Under the pieces are notes generated by a model that was not told the origin of the DNA, did no database searches, and saw nothing but the letters and a program-made list of their open reading frames with translations. Source: an uncultured virus (IMG/VR IMGVR_UViG_3300030085_002899) (lineage: Duplodnaviria; Heunggongvirae; Uroviricota; Caudoviricetes). From it: a DNA stretch of 64,000 bases. Shown here piece after piece: positions 48,604-58,672 of this stretch. The translations under genes were made by a program, and so were the position numbers. Each line of letters begins with the position of its first letter. Position 1 is the first letter of the stretch. The stretch covers positions 1-64,000 of IMG/VR virus record IMGVR_UViG_3300030085_002899. The stretch is one strand, 5' to 3'.

Positions 48604-49127
48604 TGTACTTAGTAAATTTAGACAAGACAGGTAAAGTCATTATGGATGACTCAATTTATGCTGTCGAAGAATTCAGAGAAGTTTTAGAAACAAAAACACT
48701 TGGAAACAAAGGTATGCTTTGGGTGGCTTTGTATTGTGACTACGACAGTATCTACAGACATTTTACTGAATCTGAAAGAAGCAGAGCAATAAGTAGTGAA
48801 GTTTTTAAAGATTACGATTGGAAGGGTCAAAAAAATAAAAAAATTGCTAACGCAATTAAAAAATATAAAGAGTTACAATTTGACCCCTTAGATGCTCAGC
48901 TACGAGCTTTCAACGAAAAGATAAATGAGTATACCACATTACTTAAAACTGTTACCATAACAGAAGAAAACGCTAATGAAATGCAAAAGGTAATGATTGG
49001 TATAGATAAAATATTATCTACAAGACAAAAATTACTTGACGCAATAGAGCGAAGAGGTCAGCGTACTAAAATATCTGGTGATGCTGAAATGAACTACCTA
49101 GAAAAGAAACAGTCTTACAGTGGGTAA
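48603..49127 (+). CDS. Conserved protein upstream of TerL, candidate terminase small subunit
   Basis: Helical; directly overlaps TerL; DYDSIY...ER pattern. Confidence 0.5.
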   Translation: MYLVNLDKTGKVIMDDSIYAVEEFREVLETKTLGNKGMLWVALYCDYDSIYRHFTESERSRAISSEVFKDYDWKGQKNKKIANAIKKYKELQFDPLDAQLRAFNEKINEYTTLLKTVTITEENANEMQKVMIGIDKILSTRQKLLDAIERRGQRTKISGDAEMNYLEKKQSYSG

Positions 49128-50919
49128 TATAAAAAAATACCAACCTATAATTTATGAAGGAATACCTGACCTTAATCAGGAAAGCATTGCATACAGAGAA
49201 TTTTGGGATGAGCAGATTGAAAGGTGCAAGAATGGCTATAAGCCAAGAGGTATGGATGCTATATCAGGTAAACATTATTACTATCTCAATTTTTATAAGA
49301 TATTGGGTAATAGTGGCGAAAAAGGTGGGCGTAAAACACTTATTGCTCCTTGGTATCGAGATATGGACAAAGAGTATTTCGATTTATTTGAAACATGTAA
49401 AGACGAAGAAAAAGGAATGATTGTAATTAAAGCTCGTGATAAGGGCTTTAGTTATATGAATTCTGGTATACTTGCTCAAGAGTTTACATTTTATCCTTTT
49501 AATGAAATAGGTATAGCAGCAGGCTTACAAGTAACAGCTGACTCTTTCTTTGGTAAAGTAAAGAATGGTTTATTTAATCAAGAAAGAATTTTTCGGCATT
49601 CTATATTAAAAGATGCAGATGCTTTACTTAAGTCTGGTTATAAAAAGAAAGACAGAGATGGTAAGTGGAATGTAGGTGGATTTCAATCTTCTATACACTG
49701 CCGTACAATGAGTAATCCTGAAGTATTTAAAGGTGAGCGTTTATCTGTTATGATATTTGAAGAAGCAGGTGAGTTCAAAGAGCTTTTAAATGCATACATG
49801 TCATCCAAAGCATGTTTCATGGATGGTGATATTCAATATGGTGTTCCAGTAATAGGTGGTACAGGAGGTGATATAGAAACTTCTTCTAAAGACTTTATGG
49901 ATATGTATTATAATGCAGATGCATTTAATTTAATACCTATGTTTATACCAGCTACTAAATGTTATCATGGATTTTTTGATTTAAACACTGGTGTGTCAGA
50001 TATAAGTGGCGCAGAAAAAAAATTACTCGCAGAGCGAGACCAATTAAAAACTGGTGCTAACAATAAAGGTTACAATTTACATATACAAAACTATCCACTA
50101 ACTGTAGAAGAAGCTTTTCTACAAACTAAATCTTCTAAATTTAATATTGGTAATATTAATGAGCAAAGAGGTCTGATAATGTCATCACCTCAAACTGAAA
50201 ATCAAATACAAAAAGGTAGGCTTGAATGGTTTGGTGAAGGTATGGATGTAGAATGGATACCTGACGATACTGGTCCTTATAAAATATTATCACACCCAAT
50301 GACTGATTATCAAGGACTTGACATTGGAGGTATTGATTCTTATGACCAGGATACAGCAAAAAGCTCAAAGTCTTTAGGTAGTGCAATTATATATAGAAGA
50401 TTTTATAGTGTTGATTTACCTAGTAATTATGTAGTTGCAGAATATACTGAAAGACCTAAGACTGCAGAAGAGTTTTGGGATGGTTGTTTAAAGCTAGCTG
50501 TATATTATAATTCTAAAATGCTTATTGAGTTTACTAAAATAGGTATTATAGATTACTTTAAACGAATGGGTGGTATGAAGTTTATGAAAGAAAGACCGAC
50601 TGCTGCGCACTCTCCTAAAACTGTAAACAGAAATAGGTTTGGTATACAAATGAATAAACATACTAAATCTGTAATGGAGCAATATTTACATAAATACGTA
50701 GAGGAAAATTGTGGAGATATTTGGTTTATGGAACTGTTAGACGAATTAGCTAATTACGGTGTGCGAAATACAGACCGTGTAATAGCTTTTGGGCTGTGTT
50801 TGATACATGACATAGACATATACGAAAAAAGTGTTAAATTTGGTGAATCTGAAATAAATAATATTGGGTTTGTTTATTACAAACGTGAAAACGGCAGACT
50901 TGTACCATATAAAGAATAA
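49120..50919 (+). CDS. terL: Terminase large subunit (crAss-type)
   Basis: G.HYYYLNF, KARDKGFSY (Walker A variant), IFEEAG (Walker B), GGTGG, GIDSYD and DRVIA nuclease motifs. Confidence 0.93.
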   Translation: MGNIKKYQPIIYEGIPDLNQESIAYREFWDEQIERCKNGYKPRGMDAISGKHYYYLNFYKILGNSGEKGGRKTLIAPWYRDMDKEYFDLFETCKDEEKGMIVIKARDKGFSYMNSGILAQEFTFYPFNEIGIAAGLQVTADSFFGKVKNGLFNQERIFRHSILKDADALLKSGYKKKDRDGKWNVGGFQSSIHCRTMSNPEVFKGERLSVMIFEEAGEFKELLNAYMSSKACFMDGDIQYGVPVIGGTGGDIETSSKDFMDMYYNADAFNLIPMFIPATKCYHGFFDLNTGVSDISGAEKKLLAERDQLKTGANNKGYNLHIQNYPLTVEEAFLQTKSSKFNIGNINEQRGLIMSSPQTENQIQKGRLEWFGEGMDVEWIPDDTGPYKILSHPMTDYQGLDIGGIDSYDQDTAKSSKSLGSAIIYRRFYSVDLPSNYVVAEYTERPKTAEEFWDGCLKLAVYYNSKMLIEFTKIGIIDYFKRMGGMKFMKERPTAAHSPKTVNRNRFGIQMNKHTKSVMEQYLHKYVEENCGDIWFMELLDELANYGVRNTDRVIAFGLCLIHDIDIYEKSVKFGESEINNIGFVYYKRENGRLVPYKE

Positions 50920-50921
50920 AA

Positions 50922-53156
50922 ATGGCAGTTAATAATCATGGGTTTCCTAGACAAGCTATTCCTGATAGCGAAAAAACAAAAGAATGGTGTATAGATAACT
51001 TACGCTCTATAACTAGATTTCTAGGTGGAGCTAATTCATCTGCTGATAACTTTCTTAATAATAGGAATAAAGATATAGCAAACTATGCTATGTATAATGG
51101 TCATATTAATACAAAAGACTATGAATACATAACTGACCAATATGGCTTGCCTTTTCCTGCACAAATGGCAAACTTTCCTTTAGCTCAAACTAAAATAGAT
51201 TTACTTGTAAATGAAGATACTCAAAGACCTTTAGATAAAAAAGTTACATCTATTAATAAAGAAGCTGCTCTTCGTAAAGAAAAGTTTAAAGTATCATTAG
51301 TTGCTAATAAATTACTTGAAGACATAAATAATCAATTTGCAACTGCTTTTGGCGTTAAGCCACCAACTGAAAATGGTGACTTTCCTGTGCCAGATGACAT
51401 TGATGAGTTCATGCGATATGAATACAAAGAACTTATTGAGGAAGTGTGTCAAGATGGTTTAGACTACCTTATACAAAAATATAGACTTAAAGATGTTTTT
51501 GGAGTAGGATTCAGAGATTTTTTAGTTACAGGTAAAGAATTCTATAAAGTATATGTAAAAAATGGCGACCCTTTTGTAAGAAGAATAGACCCACGTAGTG
51601 TTATATGGGATTCATCTATACAAAGTGATTATTTAGAAGAAGCAAATTGGGTTGCTGAAGAACGCTTCTTGTCTGTAAATGAGGTAATTGACGAGTATAG
51701 AGAACAACTTACTAAAGAAGATGTACAAAAACTTGAAGAGATACGTCAAATAGATGGTATAGATAAGTTGTCTGACTTTAATGCAGATATTGAGTGGATT
51801 GATTTTGATAAAGACAAAGGTGTTCGTATACGTGTTGTTACAGTAGAATGGAAATCAGTTAAAGAAATTAATTATAAGATTTCTGAAAATAAACACGACC
51901 CTTTTAATCCTTTTAAGAAAATTGTAAAAGAAAATTACCGACCACGTAAAAAAGAAAAAGTAGAAAAAAAGTTTGTAGATGACATATGGGAAGCAACTGA
52001 GATAGGTGGTCAAATATATGTTAACTGTAGACGTAGACCAAATCAAGTACGTTCTGTAGATGACGCTGGTACTACACCTCTTTCTTATGTAGGATGTATA
52101 CACAATTACTCAACAGGTCAAAGTACTTCATTATGTGACTTATTGCGTCATGTACAAATGATGTATAATATAGTACATTACCACATTGAACTTACATTAG
52201 CAAGAGCAGGTGGTAAAGCTGTCGTTTATGATGTATCTCAATTACCAACTAATATTGGTATGGATATGCAAAGTGTAATGTATCATCTTAAAACAGATGG
52301 TATTATTCCTATTAATAGCCAAATGGAAGGACAGGAAGCTTCTAGATTTAACCAATTCCAACAAATAGACTTTACCCTTTCAAACTCTGTAAGACAGCTT
52401 ATAGAGCTTAAATTAATGTTAGAACAAACAGCTGGACAAATTTCTGGTGTATCCCCACAACGTGAAGGTTCTGTATCTCAATACGAGTATGTAGGAAATG
52501 TACAACGCAGTGTGGTACAATCTTCGTTATCAACTAAAGGTTGGTTCTTTCAACATAATGAGGTTAAAAAAATGATATTCGAAAGAATGTGCAACCTTAT
52601 GAAAATTTGTTGGTCTGAAGGTAAAAAAGCTGGTTATGTTTTAGGTGATGGTGGTTATAAATTCTTATCTGTATTACCTGATATTGCATTAAATGACTAT
52701 GGTGTATTTATAGGAGACTCTGGTAAAGATGATGCTATGAAACAAGTAGTTCAACAAATGTCACAGGCTGCGTTACAAAATGGAAGTTTGACTATGTTAG
52801 ATGCTATCAAAGTTTTAAAAGCAGATAGTCTAAGTGAAGCAGAAACAATACTTGAACGTGGAATGGACACTATGAAAAAAATTCAAGAACAAGCTCAACA
52901 ACAAGCACAGCAACAACAACAAGCTATGCAAGAGCAAATAGCACAGCAACAACAAATGGAAAGCGATAAGCAACAAGCTGAAATGCAAAATAAATTAGAT
53001 ATAGCTAAAATAGCAGCAGATTCAAGAGTTACTGTAGCTGAAATTAATCAAGAAGCTAAGTATGAATCTGAAATGCTAAAAGAAAAATCTAAAATACAAC
53101 TCGAAGGAGTTAAAGGAAGCGTACAGGAACAATTAAATAACCAATCAGCAAAATAA
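50922..53156 (+). CDS. Portal protein (crAss-type)
   Basis: FPRQ..P..EK..EW start, 744 aa, after TerL, G..PQREG motif, Gln-rich C-terminal coil. Confidence 0.88.
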   Translation: MAVNNHGFPRQAIPDSEKTKEWCIDNLRSITRFLGGANSSADNFLNNRNKDIANYAMYNGHINTKDYEYITDQYGLPFPAQMANFPLAQTKIDLLVNEDTQRPLDKKVTSINKEAALRKEKFKVSLVANKLLEDINNQFATAFGVKPPTENGDFPVPDDIDEFMRYEYKELIEEVCQDGLDYLIQKYRLKDVFGVGFRDFLVTGKEFYKVYVKNGDPFVRRIDPRSVIWDSSIQSDYLEEANWVAEERFLSVNEVIDEYREQLTKEDVQKLEEIRQIDGIDKLSDFNADIEWIDFDKDKGVRIRVVTVEWKSVKEINYKISENKHDPFNPFKKIVKENYRPRKKEKVEKKFVDDIWEATEIGGQIYVNCRRRPNQVRSVDDAGTTPLSYVGCIHNYSTGQSTSLCDLLRHVQMMYNIVHYHIELTLARAGGKAVVYDVSQLPTNIGMDMQSVMYHLKTDGIIPINSQMEGQEASRFNQFQQIDFTLSNSVRQLIELKLMLEQTAGQISGVSPQREGSVSQYEYVGNVQRSVVQSSLSTKGWFFQHNEVKKMIFERMCNLMKICWSEGKKAGYVLGDGGYKFLSVLPDIALNDYGVFIGDSGKDDAMKQVVQQMSQAALQNGSLTMLDAIKVLKADSLSEAETILERGMDTMKKIQEQAQQQAQQQQQAMQEQIAQQQQMESDKQQAEMQNKLDIAKIAADSRVTVAEINQEAKYESEMLKEKSKIQLEGVKGSVQEQLNNQSAK

Positions 53157-53167
53157 ATTATTTATAT

Positions 53168-53175
53168 TATCTTTG
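53168..53175 (+). promoter_or_regulatory. TAnnTTTG -7 element upstream of the capsid genes
   Basis: TATCTTTG in the intergenic gap. Confidence 0.55.
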
Positions 53176-53195
53176 CTGTATAAAAAACAAAAAGC

Positions 53196-54209
53196 ATGAG
53201 TGAAAGTAATAGTTTAATCGACCAAGTTACCTCTGAGCAAGAAGGTAACTCTTTTGATGCATCAGCATTTATTAGTTCTGATGTAGCAAATAACTTGGAA
53301 AGTATTGAAGAAGACAGTAATCAACAGGTTGAAACGCAAGCGCAAGCAGAAGATACCGACCAACAAGAAGCAACAGCGTCAGGAGAAGTTAATGAAGATG
53401 GAGAAAGCGATAATGAGAATTTCAGCTGGGATAGCATCGAAGTTAACGAAGAACCTAAAGAAGATACAGTTGCCGAACAACCCAAAGAAGAAGACTGGGA
53501 TGAAGTAGAGTCAACTACAGATACTTTTAATTGGAATGAAGTTGGAACTGAGTTAGGAGTGGAAGCTAAGACTAAAGAAGAGTTTGTTCAGCAAGTAAAA
53601 AATCTAATTGAAAATCCTGTAAAGGACAATGAAAAGATTGCTAACATACAAGAGTATATCAAAAGAAGTGATGAAGAGTTAGTTATCGCAGATATGCAAG
53701 CTTCTAAGTTCGATAATGAATATATAGAAGACACTGTAAATAAACTTAAGGAGTCTGGATTATTAAAGCGTGAAGCTTTACAGATTAGAACTCAATTACA
53801 AAAGTTTGTACAGAAAGAGCGTGAAAACATTAGACAAGCTCAGTTAACTGCTGAACGAGATGAAATCGCTGCTCAACAAAAAGCAAAAAAAGAATTACAA
53901 AGCCACATAAAAAGTAAAAATGAATTTTTTGGTGGTAAAATTAATTCTGATGAAAAACGAAAATTATACAATTATATAACGAAAGGAGATTTTTCTAAAG
54001 AAATATTTGATACTCATGCCAATGTTGCGGAGGCTGCTTTTCTTTGGAAGAATAAGGACAAAATTTTTAAAATGATTCGTACGCAAGGCGTTGAACAAGG
54101 TAAATCTAAAATCCTTAACAATATTACTTCTCCTAGTAAAAACTCTAGAAGTCAAAATAGTTTTACTCCAAAGAGTGAAGGCTTTGACCCAAAAGGTTTT
54201 TTAAAATAA
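53196..54209 (+). CDS. Acidic scaffold-like protein (crAss gene 77 position)
   Basis: Very acidic N-terminal half plus coiled coil, between portal and MCP. Confidence 0.7.
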   Translation: MSESNSLIDQVTSEQEGNSFDASAFISSDVANNLESIEEDSNQQVETQAQAEDTDQQEATASGEVNEDGESDNENFSWDSIEVNEEPKEDTVAEQPKEEDWDEVESTTDTFNWNEVGTELGVEAKTKEEFVQQVKNLIENPVKDNEKIANIQEYIKRSDEELVIADMQASKFDNEYIEDTVNKLKESGLLKREALQIRTQLQKFVQKERENIRQAQLTAERDEIAAQQKAKKELQSHIKSKNEFFGGKINSDEKRKLYNYITKGDFSKEIFDTHANVAEAAFLWKNKDKIFKMIRTQGVEQGKSKILNNITSPSKNSRSQNSFTPKSEGFDPKGFLK

Positions 54210-54251
54210 TTGATAATTATATTTATTAATTTATTTAAAATACTTTAAAAA

Positions 54252-55694
54252 ATGAAGGTATATAGTGCTAAGTACGACCCGTCGTACAACACAGCTGACA
54301 ACTCGCTTGTCGCAAACATGCTAAAGTACCCTGAGATTGCGAAGAAAATTATCGAATTATATCCTCGCTACTCAATGACGTACTTACTAGAACGATTAGG
54401 TTTCGGAGCTAGTGAAAAAATTATTGGAGCTAACGCTTTCGAATGGAAAGTAATGTCTCGTTACAAAAAACCTGCTGTCTTAGATGTAGCTGATGCTACT
54501 GACCGTAGTGCAGGCGATGTTGTAACTTACAAGATTGCTTCTGCTGAAGCTGCAGGTGAATACTGCCATTTAGCAGTAAATGATGTTGTTCGTTTTGATA
54601 CTACAGGTACAACTGGTATTGTAACTGCAGTAGGAACACAAAATACAGGAGCTGATGGTCAAACTGATGTTACTGTAAGATTATTACAAGCATTTACAGC
54701 TGACTTAACTACATCTACTAGATTAGGTGTAATTGGTTCTGCGTTTGGTCAAGGTTCTCTTGGTGATGAAGTAGGTGAAATGTACGCTTACCCAGAAACT
54801 CACCGCAATCACTTAACTCTTTCTCGTAGAAAGTGTAAGATTAACGGTATTGATTTACACGATGTTACTTGGGTAGAGCACAATGGTCACAGACTATGGT
54901 ACTTTACTAAAGAGCAACAAATGACTGACCAGTTCATGTATGAGCTTGAATTGAATCGTTGGTTTGGTAAGTCTTCTGTATCAGGAGATATTACATACCC
55001 AGGTCAAGAAGGTAGTGCTACTACAGGTTTCCCAGTTATGGGTGATGGTATCATTGCACAAATTGATTCAGGTAATGTATTTAACTACACTGCTGGTGCG
55101 TTAACTGATGATATTTTATTAGATGCTATGGCTTCTCTTTCATTGAACACATTATCTCCAACAGGAAACGAATTTGTTTGTTTCACTGGTATGGCTGGTA
55201 TGGTTCAATTCCAAAAAGCTATGAAAGCTTTTGTTGGTAATGGTGTAGCTAATGCAGGTTCTGCTGGTTCTATGATGGTTGACAAAGCTGGACAAGATGT
55301 TGCAGTAGGTGTAAACTTTACTACTTACCACGTATTAGGTAACAAGTTAACTGTAGTTCACAACCCTTGTTTTGATGACCCTAATATTGCGGCATTAACT
55401 TCAGGTGTAGGTAATTTCGACTCTGCTGAATTATCTGCATTGATGGTATTTATGGACATGTCAGTTCAAGATGGAGTTGCTAACGTTGAGCTTATCGCTA
55501 AAGGTGCTGAAGGATACAACAGAAACTACGTTAAGAAATACGTTCCTGGTATGATTAACCCTAACGACCCATCTTCATTGATGGCTGCTAATGGTAATGA
55601 TACTTTCGAATGTCACATTCTTTCTGAGTCTGGTGTTATTATTCGTAACCCATTATCTTGCGGTATTTTAAAGCCAACTGGTCTTAACATATAA
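54252..55694 (+). CDS. Major capsid protein (crAss-type)
   Basis: 480 aa at the canonical position; biased codon use typical of high expression; N..TL.R, E....WFG, GDGII.QI, TG.AGM..FQ, HNP.FDD patterns. Confidence 0.88.
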   Translation: MKVYSAKYDPSYNTADNSLVANMLKYPEIAKKIIELYPRYSMTYLLERLGFGASEKIIGANAFEWKVMSRYKKPAVLDVADATDRSAGDVVTYKIASAEAAGEYCHLAVNDVVRFDTTGTTGIVTAVGTQNTGADGQTDVTVRLLQAFTADLTTSTRLGVIGSAFGQGSLGDEVGEMYAYPETHRNHLTLSRRKCKINGIDLHDVTWVEHNGHRLWYFTKEQQMTDQFMYELELNRWFGKSSVSGDITYPGQEGSATTGFPVMGDGIIAQIDSGNVFNYTAGALTDDILLDAMASLSLNTLSPTGNEFVCFTGMAGMVQFQKAMKAFVGNGVANAGSAGSMMVDKAGQDVAVGVNFTTYHVLGNKLTVVHNPCFDDPNIAALTSGVGNFDSAELSALMVFMDMSVQDGVANVELIAKGAEGYNRNYVKKYVPGMINPNDPSSLMAANGNDTFECHILSESGVIIRNPLSCGILKPTGLNI

Positions 55695-55713
55695 TTTATA
55701 AAACTTAGAAAAA

Positions 55714-56175
55714 ATGGCTGAAGAAAAATACTTAGCGGAATATGAAAAAAGCGCAGCAGGTAACTACCTAAAGCGTTCAAGAGGTACATTAATTAATGTA
55801 ATCTCACAAGGAGCTACTGATAAAACTCTTATTGAGGAAGAGTCAGGCTCAACTGTTTTAGTTACTATGACTGGTAACTCAGATAAAACTGTAACTTTAC
55901 CTGCTGCAAAAGCTGGACTTAACTTTAAATTTGTAGTTGCTGCATCTCCTTCTGGAAGTGGCGACTTAATAATTTCATCTGCTGTTGCAGATACAATAGT
56001 TGGTCTTACAAACGCTGATGCTGCTGCAGATGGTGCTACTAACACTGCTGCAGACAGTGTTATTATTGAAGCTGCTGCTGTTGGTGGAGAAGTAATTGAA
56101 TTATTATGTGACGGTACTAGCTGGTATGCATTTGCACACCAATCTGCTGTTGACTCAATTACATTAGCTGGATAA
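55714..56175 (+). CDS. Auxiliary capsid/cement protein
   Basis: TL....SG.TV...TVTLPAAKAGLNFKFVV...CDGTSWY; between the MCP and a terminator. Confidence 0.65.
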   Translation: MAEEKYLAEYEKSAAGNYLKRSRGTLINVISQGATDKTLIEEESGSTVLVTMTGNSDKTVTLPAAKAGLNFKFVVAASPSGSGDLIISSAVADTIVGLTNADAAADGATNTAADSVIIEAAAVGGEVIELLCDGTSWYAFAHQSAVDSITLAG

Positions 56176-56194
56176 TTGATTATTCAATAATATT

Positions 56195-56222
56195 CATCCC
56201 CTCTTCGGAGGGGGTGTTTTTT
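56195..56222 (+). terminator. Intrinsic terminator after the capsid genes
   Basis: CAUCCCCUC-UUCG-GAGGGGGUG-UUUUUU. Confidence 0.85.
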
Positions 56223-56246
56223 AACTTAACTCAAAAAGCAAGAAAA

Positions 56247-56909
56247 ATGGAGAACAAAAATTTAATTATCTACAAACACAAAACTAAATCTAAACTACAT
56301 AGATGTAGCTTTGGTAATTCTTACAAAGACAAATACGGTAAGCTAAAGAACTTAGTTGACGTAAATGGTTTAGAAAGAGGGTTTACAGCACGTAGCTCAT
56401 CATTTGTTTTAAGAAAAGATATTGAAAATGATGTAATTTTAGATAATTGGTTATCTAAACATCCAGACATTTTAAATCAATGGACTCGTGAAGATGTTGT
56501 AGAGCAAGAAAAAATTGAAACAGAAAATACATTAAATGAAGCTCAGGCAATTATTGAAGCTGCAAAAATGAATGTTAAATCTGTTTTAGATTTTGCTAAA
56601 CTAAGCAAAATGAATATTAACTCTGATACTGAGGTTCTTAGAGCTAAGATTATAAAGATTGCACAAAATGACCCAGCTAAGTTTATGGAGCTTCATTTTG
56701 ACCCTGAAAAAGACTATAGAGTATTTATTATAGATGCACTAAAGTCAAAAAATCTTACTTATAAAAATAGTACTTTTATGTACGGTAAGCAAGCTATTGG
56801 AACAAACGAAGAACAAGTAATTGTTTGGCTTAAAGAAAACAAAGACATCTTTGCTTTAATCAAGCATGAACTTAGAGGTGAAACTAAAACTAAAAAAGTT
56901 AAAGCATAA
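56247..56909 (+). CDS. Conserved crAss-like structural-block protein (gene 75 position)
   Basis: Position after the MCP; A..DP.KF...IG..EEQV..WLK pattern; start at ATG 56247. Confidence 0.65.
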   Translation: MENKNLIIYKHKTKSKLHRCSFGNSYKDKYGKLKNLVDVNGLERGFTARSSSFVLRKDIENDVILDNWLSKHPDILNQWTREDVVEQEKIETENTLNEAQAIIEAAKMNVKSVLDFAKLSKMNINSDTEVLRAKIIKIAQNDPAKFMELHFDPEKDYRVFIIDALKSKNLTYKNSTFMYGKQAIGTNEEQVIVWLKENKDIFALIKHELRGETKTKKVKA

Positions 56910-56912
56910 TTT

Positions 56913-57551
56913 ATGCCACTAGCATTATCAGATGCAGCTTCAATGCAAGCAAGAATTCGTCAGATTGTAGACCGTGAAGACACGGCTTACTTTAGTGCTG
57001 ACCAACTCAATGAATATATTGAAATGGCAGTTGATGAATTTTTACAACAATACTATACTATTTTTGAAGCAAATCAAGATGCAAGAGATAAGTTAGAGTC
57101 TTTAGTGAAAACAGAAAGTAAAAGTTTTGCTTCTAGTGCTTATGAGGTTGCAGTTTCTACTTTAGCAGATAGTGGTGATGACACATTAATATTTTATAGA
57201 TTGTTATCTGCAAGACTTACAGATTCACCTAACACATCTGTTAAAATTATTCAACTGTCTGATTATTCAGCTTACACTAACGACCCTTTTAATAAAGCTG
57301 ATGATAATAACCCTGTTATATATCAAGAGGGTGGTAAACTGAAAGTTTTAGGTTTAAGTTCTACAACAAGTATAGATTTAACTTACTTACAATATACAAG
57401 TACGTTCAGTGATTTGGCTGGACATACTTATGAGGAATTATGTCAAATTGCTGCGAGAAAAATACTCCAAACGCTAGGAGACCCAAGATATAGTCTGATG
57501 CAAGCAGAGGTCTTGGAAAGAAATACGGCACTTGGAGGTCGCAGTAAATAA
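56913..57551 (+). CDS. Head-tail ring/adaptor protein (gene 74 position)
   Basis: YF..DQ...YI..A..EF.QQ.Y..FE..Q...D.L..LV; DPFNK; H..EEL...A motifs. Confidence 0.7.
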   Translation: MPLALSDAASMQARIRQIVDREDTAYFSADQLNEYIEMAVDEFLQQYYTIFEANQDARDKLESLVKTESKSFASSAYEVAVSTLADSGDDTLIFYRLLSARLTDSPNTSVKIIQLSDYSAYTNDPFNKADDNNPVIYQEGGKLKVLGLSSTTSIDLTYLQYTSTFSDLAGHTYEELCQIAARKILQTLGDPRYSLMQAEVLERNTALGGRSK

Positions 57552-57576
57552 AGGTGCTTTTTGCTCCCTTGCTTCG

Positions 57577-57618
57577 GAAGAGTGGTTGTGGTGTTAACTG
57601 CGCCACTCTTCTTTTTTT
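57577..57618 (+). terminator. Intrinsic terminator/attenuator
   Basis: GAAGAGUGG...CCACUCUUC followed by UUUUUUU. Confidence 0.7.
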
Positions 57619-57632
57619 AATAAAAATATGAT

Positions 57633-58283
57633 ATGGCAACATTAAACGAAATTGCGTACAACATTAAAAACATCGTAGAAGGCGGTGTAGGTTCTGATGA
57701 TTCGAATTTGTCAACACGACAAATAAAACAAATGATACACGTAAAGCGTGCTGAATTATTGGTTAAGTATACAGATAATGGTAGAAAAACATCGGATGTA
57801 TGTTATCAAGTAGATATTGCTACACCATCAATGTCAGGATACGCATATAAAGAGTTTTTAGGCTTTAATAACAATAGAGCTATAAGAAGTGTCAGCTTAA
57901 GAGAGTCGAGCAATATAGAAGCGTCTAGTGAGATTTTACCTTTAGTTCAAGACCAAGACAGAACATTTATACAGTCTGCAAGATTTATGCGAAATGTTAC
58001 TAAAAAATACGCAAGTCTTTTAGATGATAAAATATATGTATTTGATGGCGATTCTTTAGTTTCTAGTGGTACTTTAGAAATAAAAGGTATATATAGTAAT
58101 CCAACAACAGTAAGTTCTTATGTGGATGACGATACAACTCAATATCCTTTTCCAAATGAATTGATTAGTGTATTGACTCAAGAAATAATTAGCAAAGAAA
58201 TTGTTATGTTATATAATTTGTCTGCTAATACACCAAACAACCAGACAGATGAAAAAACTCAATCTAAGAACGTACAAAGATAA
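57633..58283 (+). CDS. Tail ring protein (gene 73 position)
   Basis: MATLNEIAYNI...SDDS.LS.RQI...I...RA.L; GIY.NP; YPFP. Confidence 0.7.
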   Translation: MATLNEIAYNIKNIVEGGVGSDDSNLSTRQIKQMIHVKRAELLVKYTDNGRKTSDVCYQVDIATPSMSGYAYKEFLGFNNNRAIRSVSLRESSNIEASSEILPLVQDQDRTFIQSARFMRNVTKKYASLLDDKIYVFDGDSLVSSGTLEIKGIYSNPTTVSSYVDDDTTQYPFPNELISVLTQEIISKEIVMLYNLSANTPNNQTDEKTQSKNVQR

Positions 58284-58671
58284 ATACAAGTTTATAAAAG
58301 ACATATATAAACCTATTCGAAATGAACTAAGAATAAATGGAAAAAGGATTACATATTCTACTTACTTTAAAGTTATAACTTGTTTTTTAGAAAATATAAT
58401 ACATGAAGTAGCTGTAGAAAAAAATAAATTTGTATTACCATTTAGTTTAGGTAAAATGTATATAAAAAAAGAGGTACATAAAAGACCTTTTCATATACAA
58501 ATAGATATACAAGAATCTGAAAAAAGAGGTGAGTTAGTAAAATACAAAGTGCCTATTGTGGATGATTTTTACAATAAATTAGTCTGGGAGCGACCAACAA
58601 CTTATAAAAGGTATAAAATATTACCTTTAAATAAATTTAAAAAATTAATAAACAAAGTTAAAGAATATTAA
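58249..58671 (+). CDS. IHF-like protein of the crAss tail block
   Basis: Y..Y..VI..F...I...V......F.LP..LG.M.I.K; lies before the tail tubular gene. Confidence 0.6.
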   Translation: MKKLNLRTYKDKYKFIKDIYKPIRNELRINGKRITYSTYFKVITCFLENIIHEVAVEKNKFVLPFSLGKMYIKKEVHKRPFHIQIDIQESEKRGELVKYKVPIVDDFYNKLVWERPTTYKRYKILPLNKFKKLINKVKEY

Positions 58672-58672
58672 T

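Noticed and set aside
49120..55694. Introns or inteins in TerL or MCP, common in some crAss-like phages
   Set aside because: Both genes are uninterrupted and of ordinary length, with no intein terminal motifs noticed.
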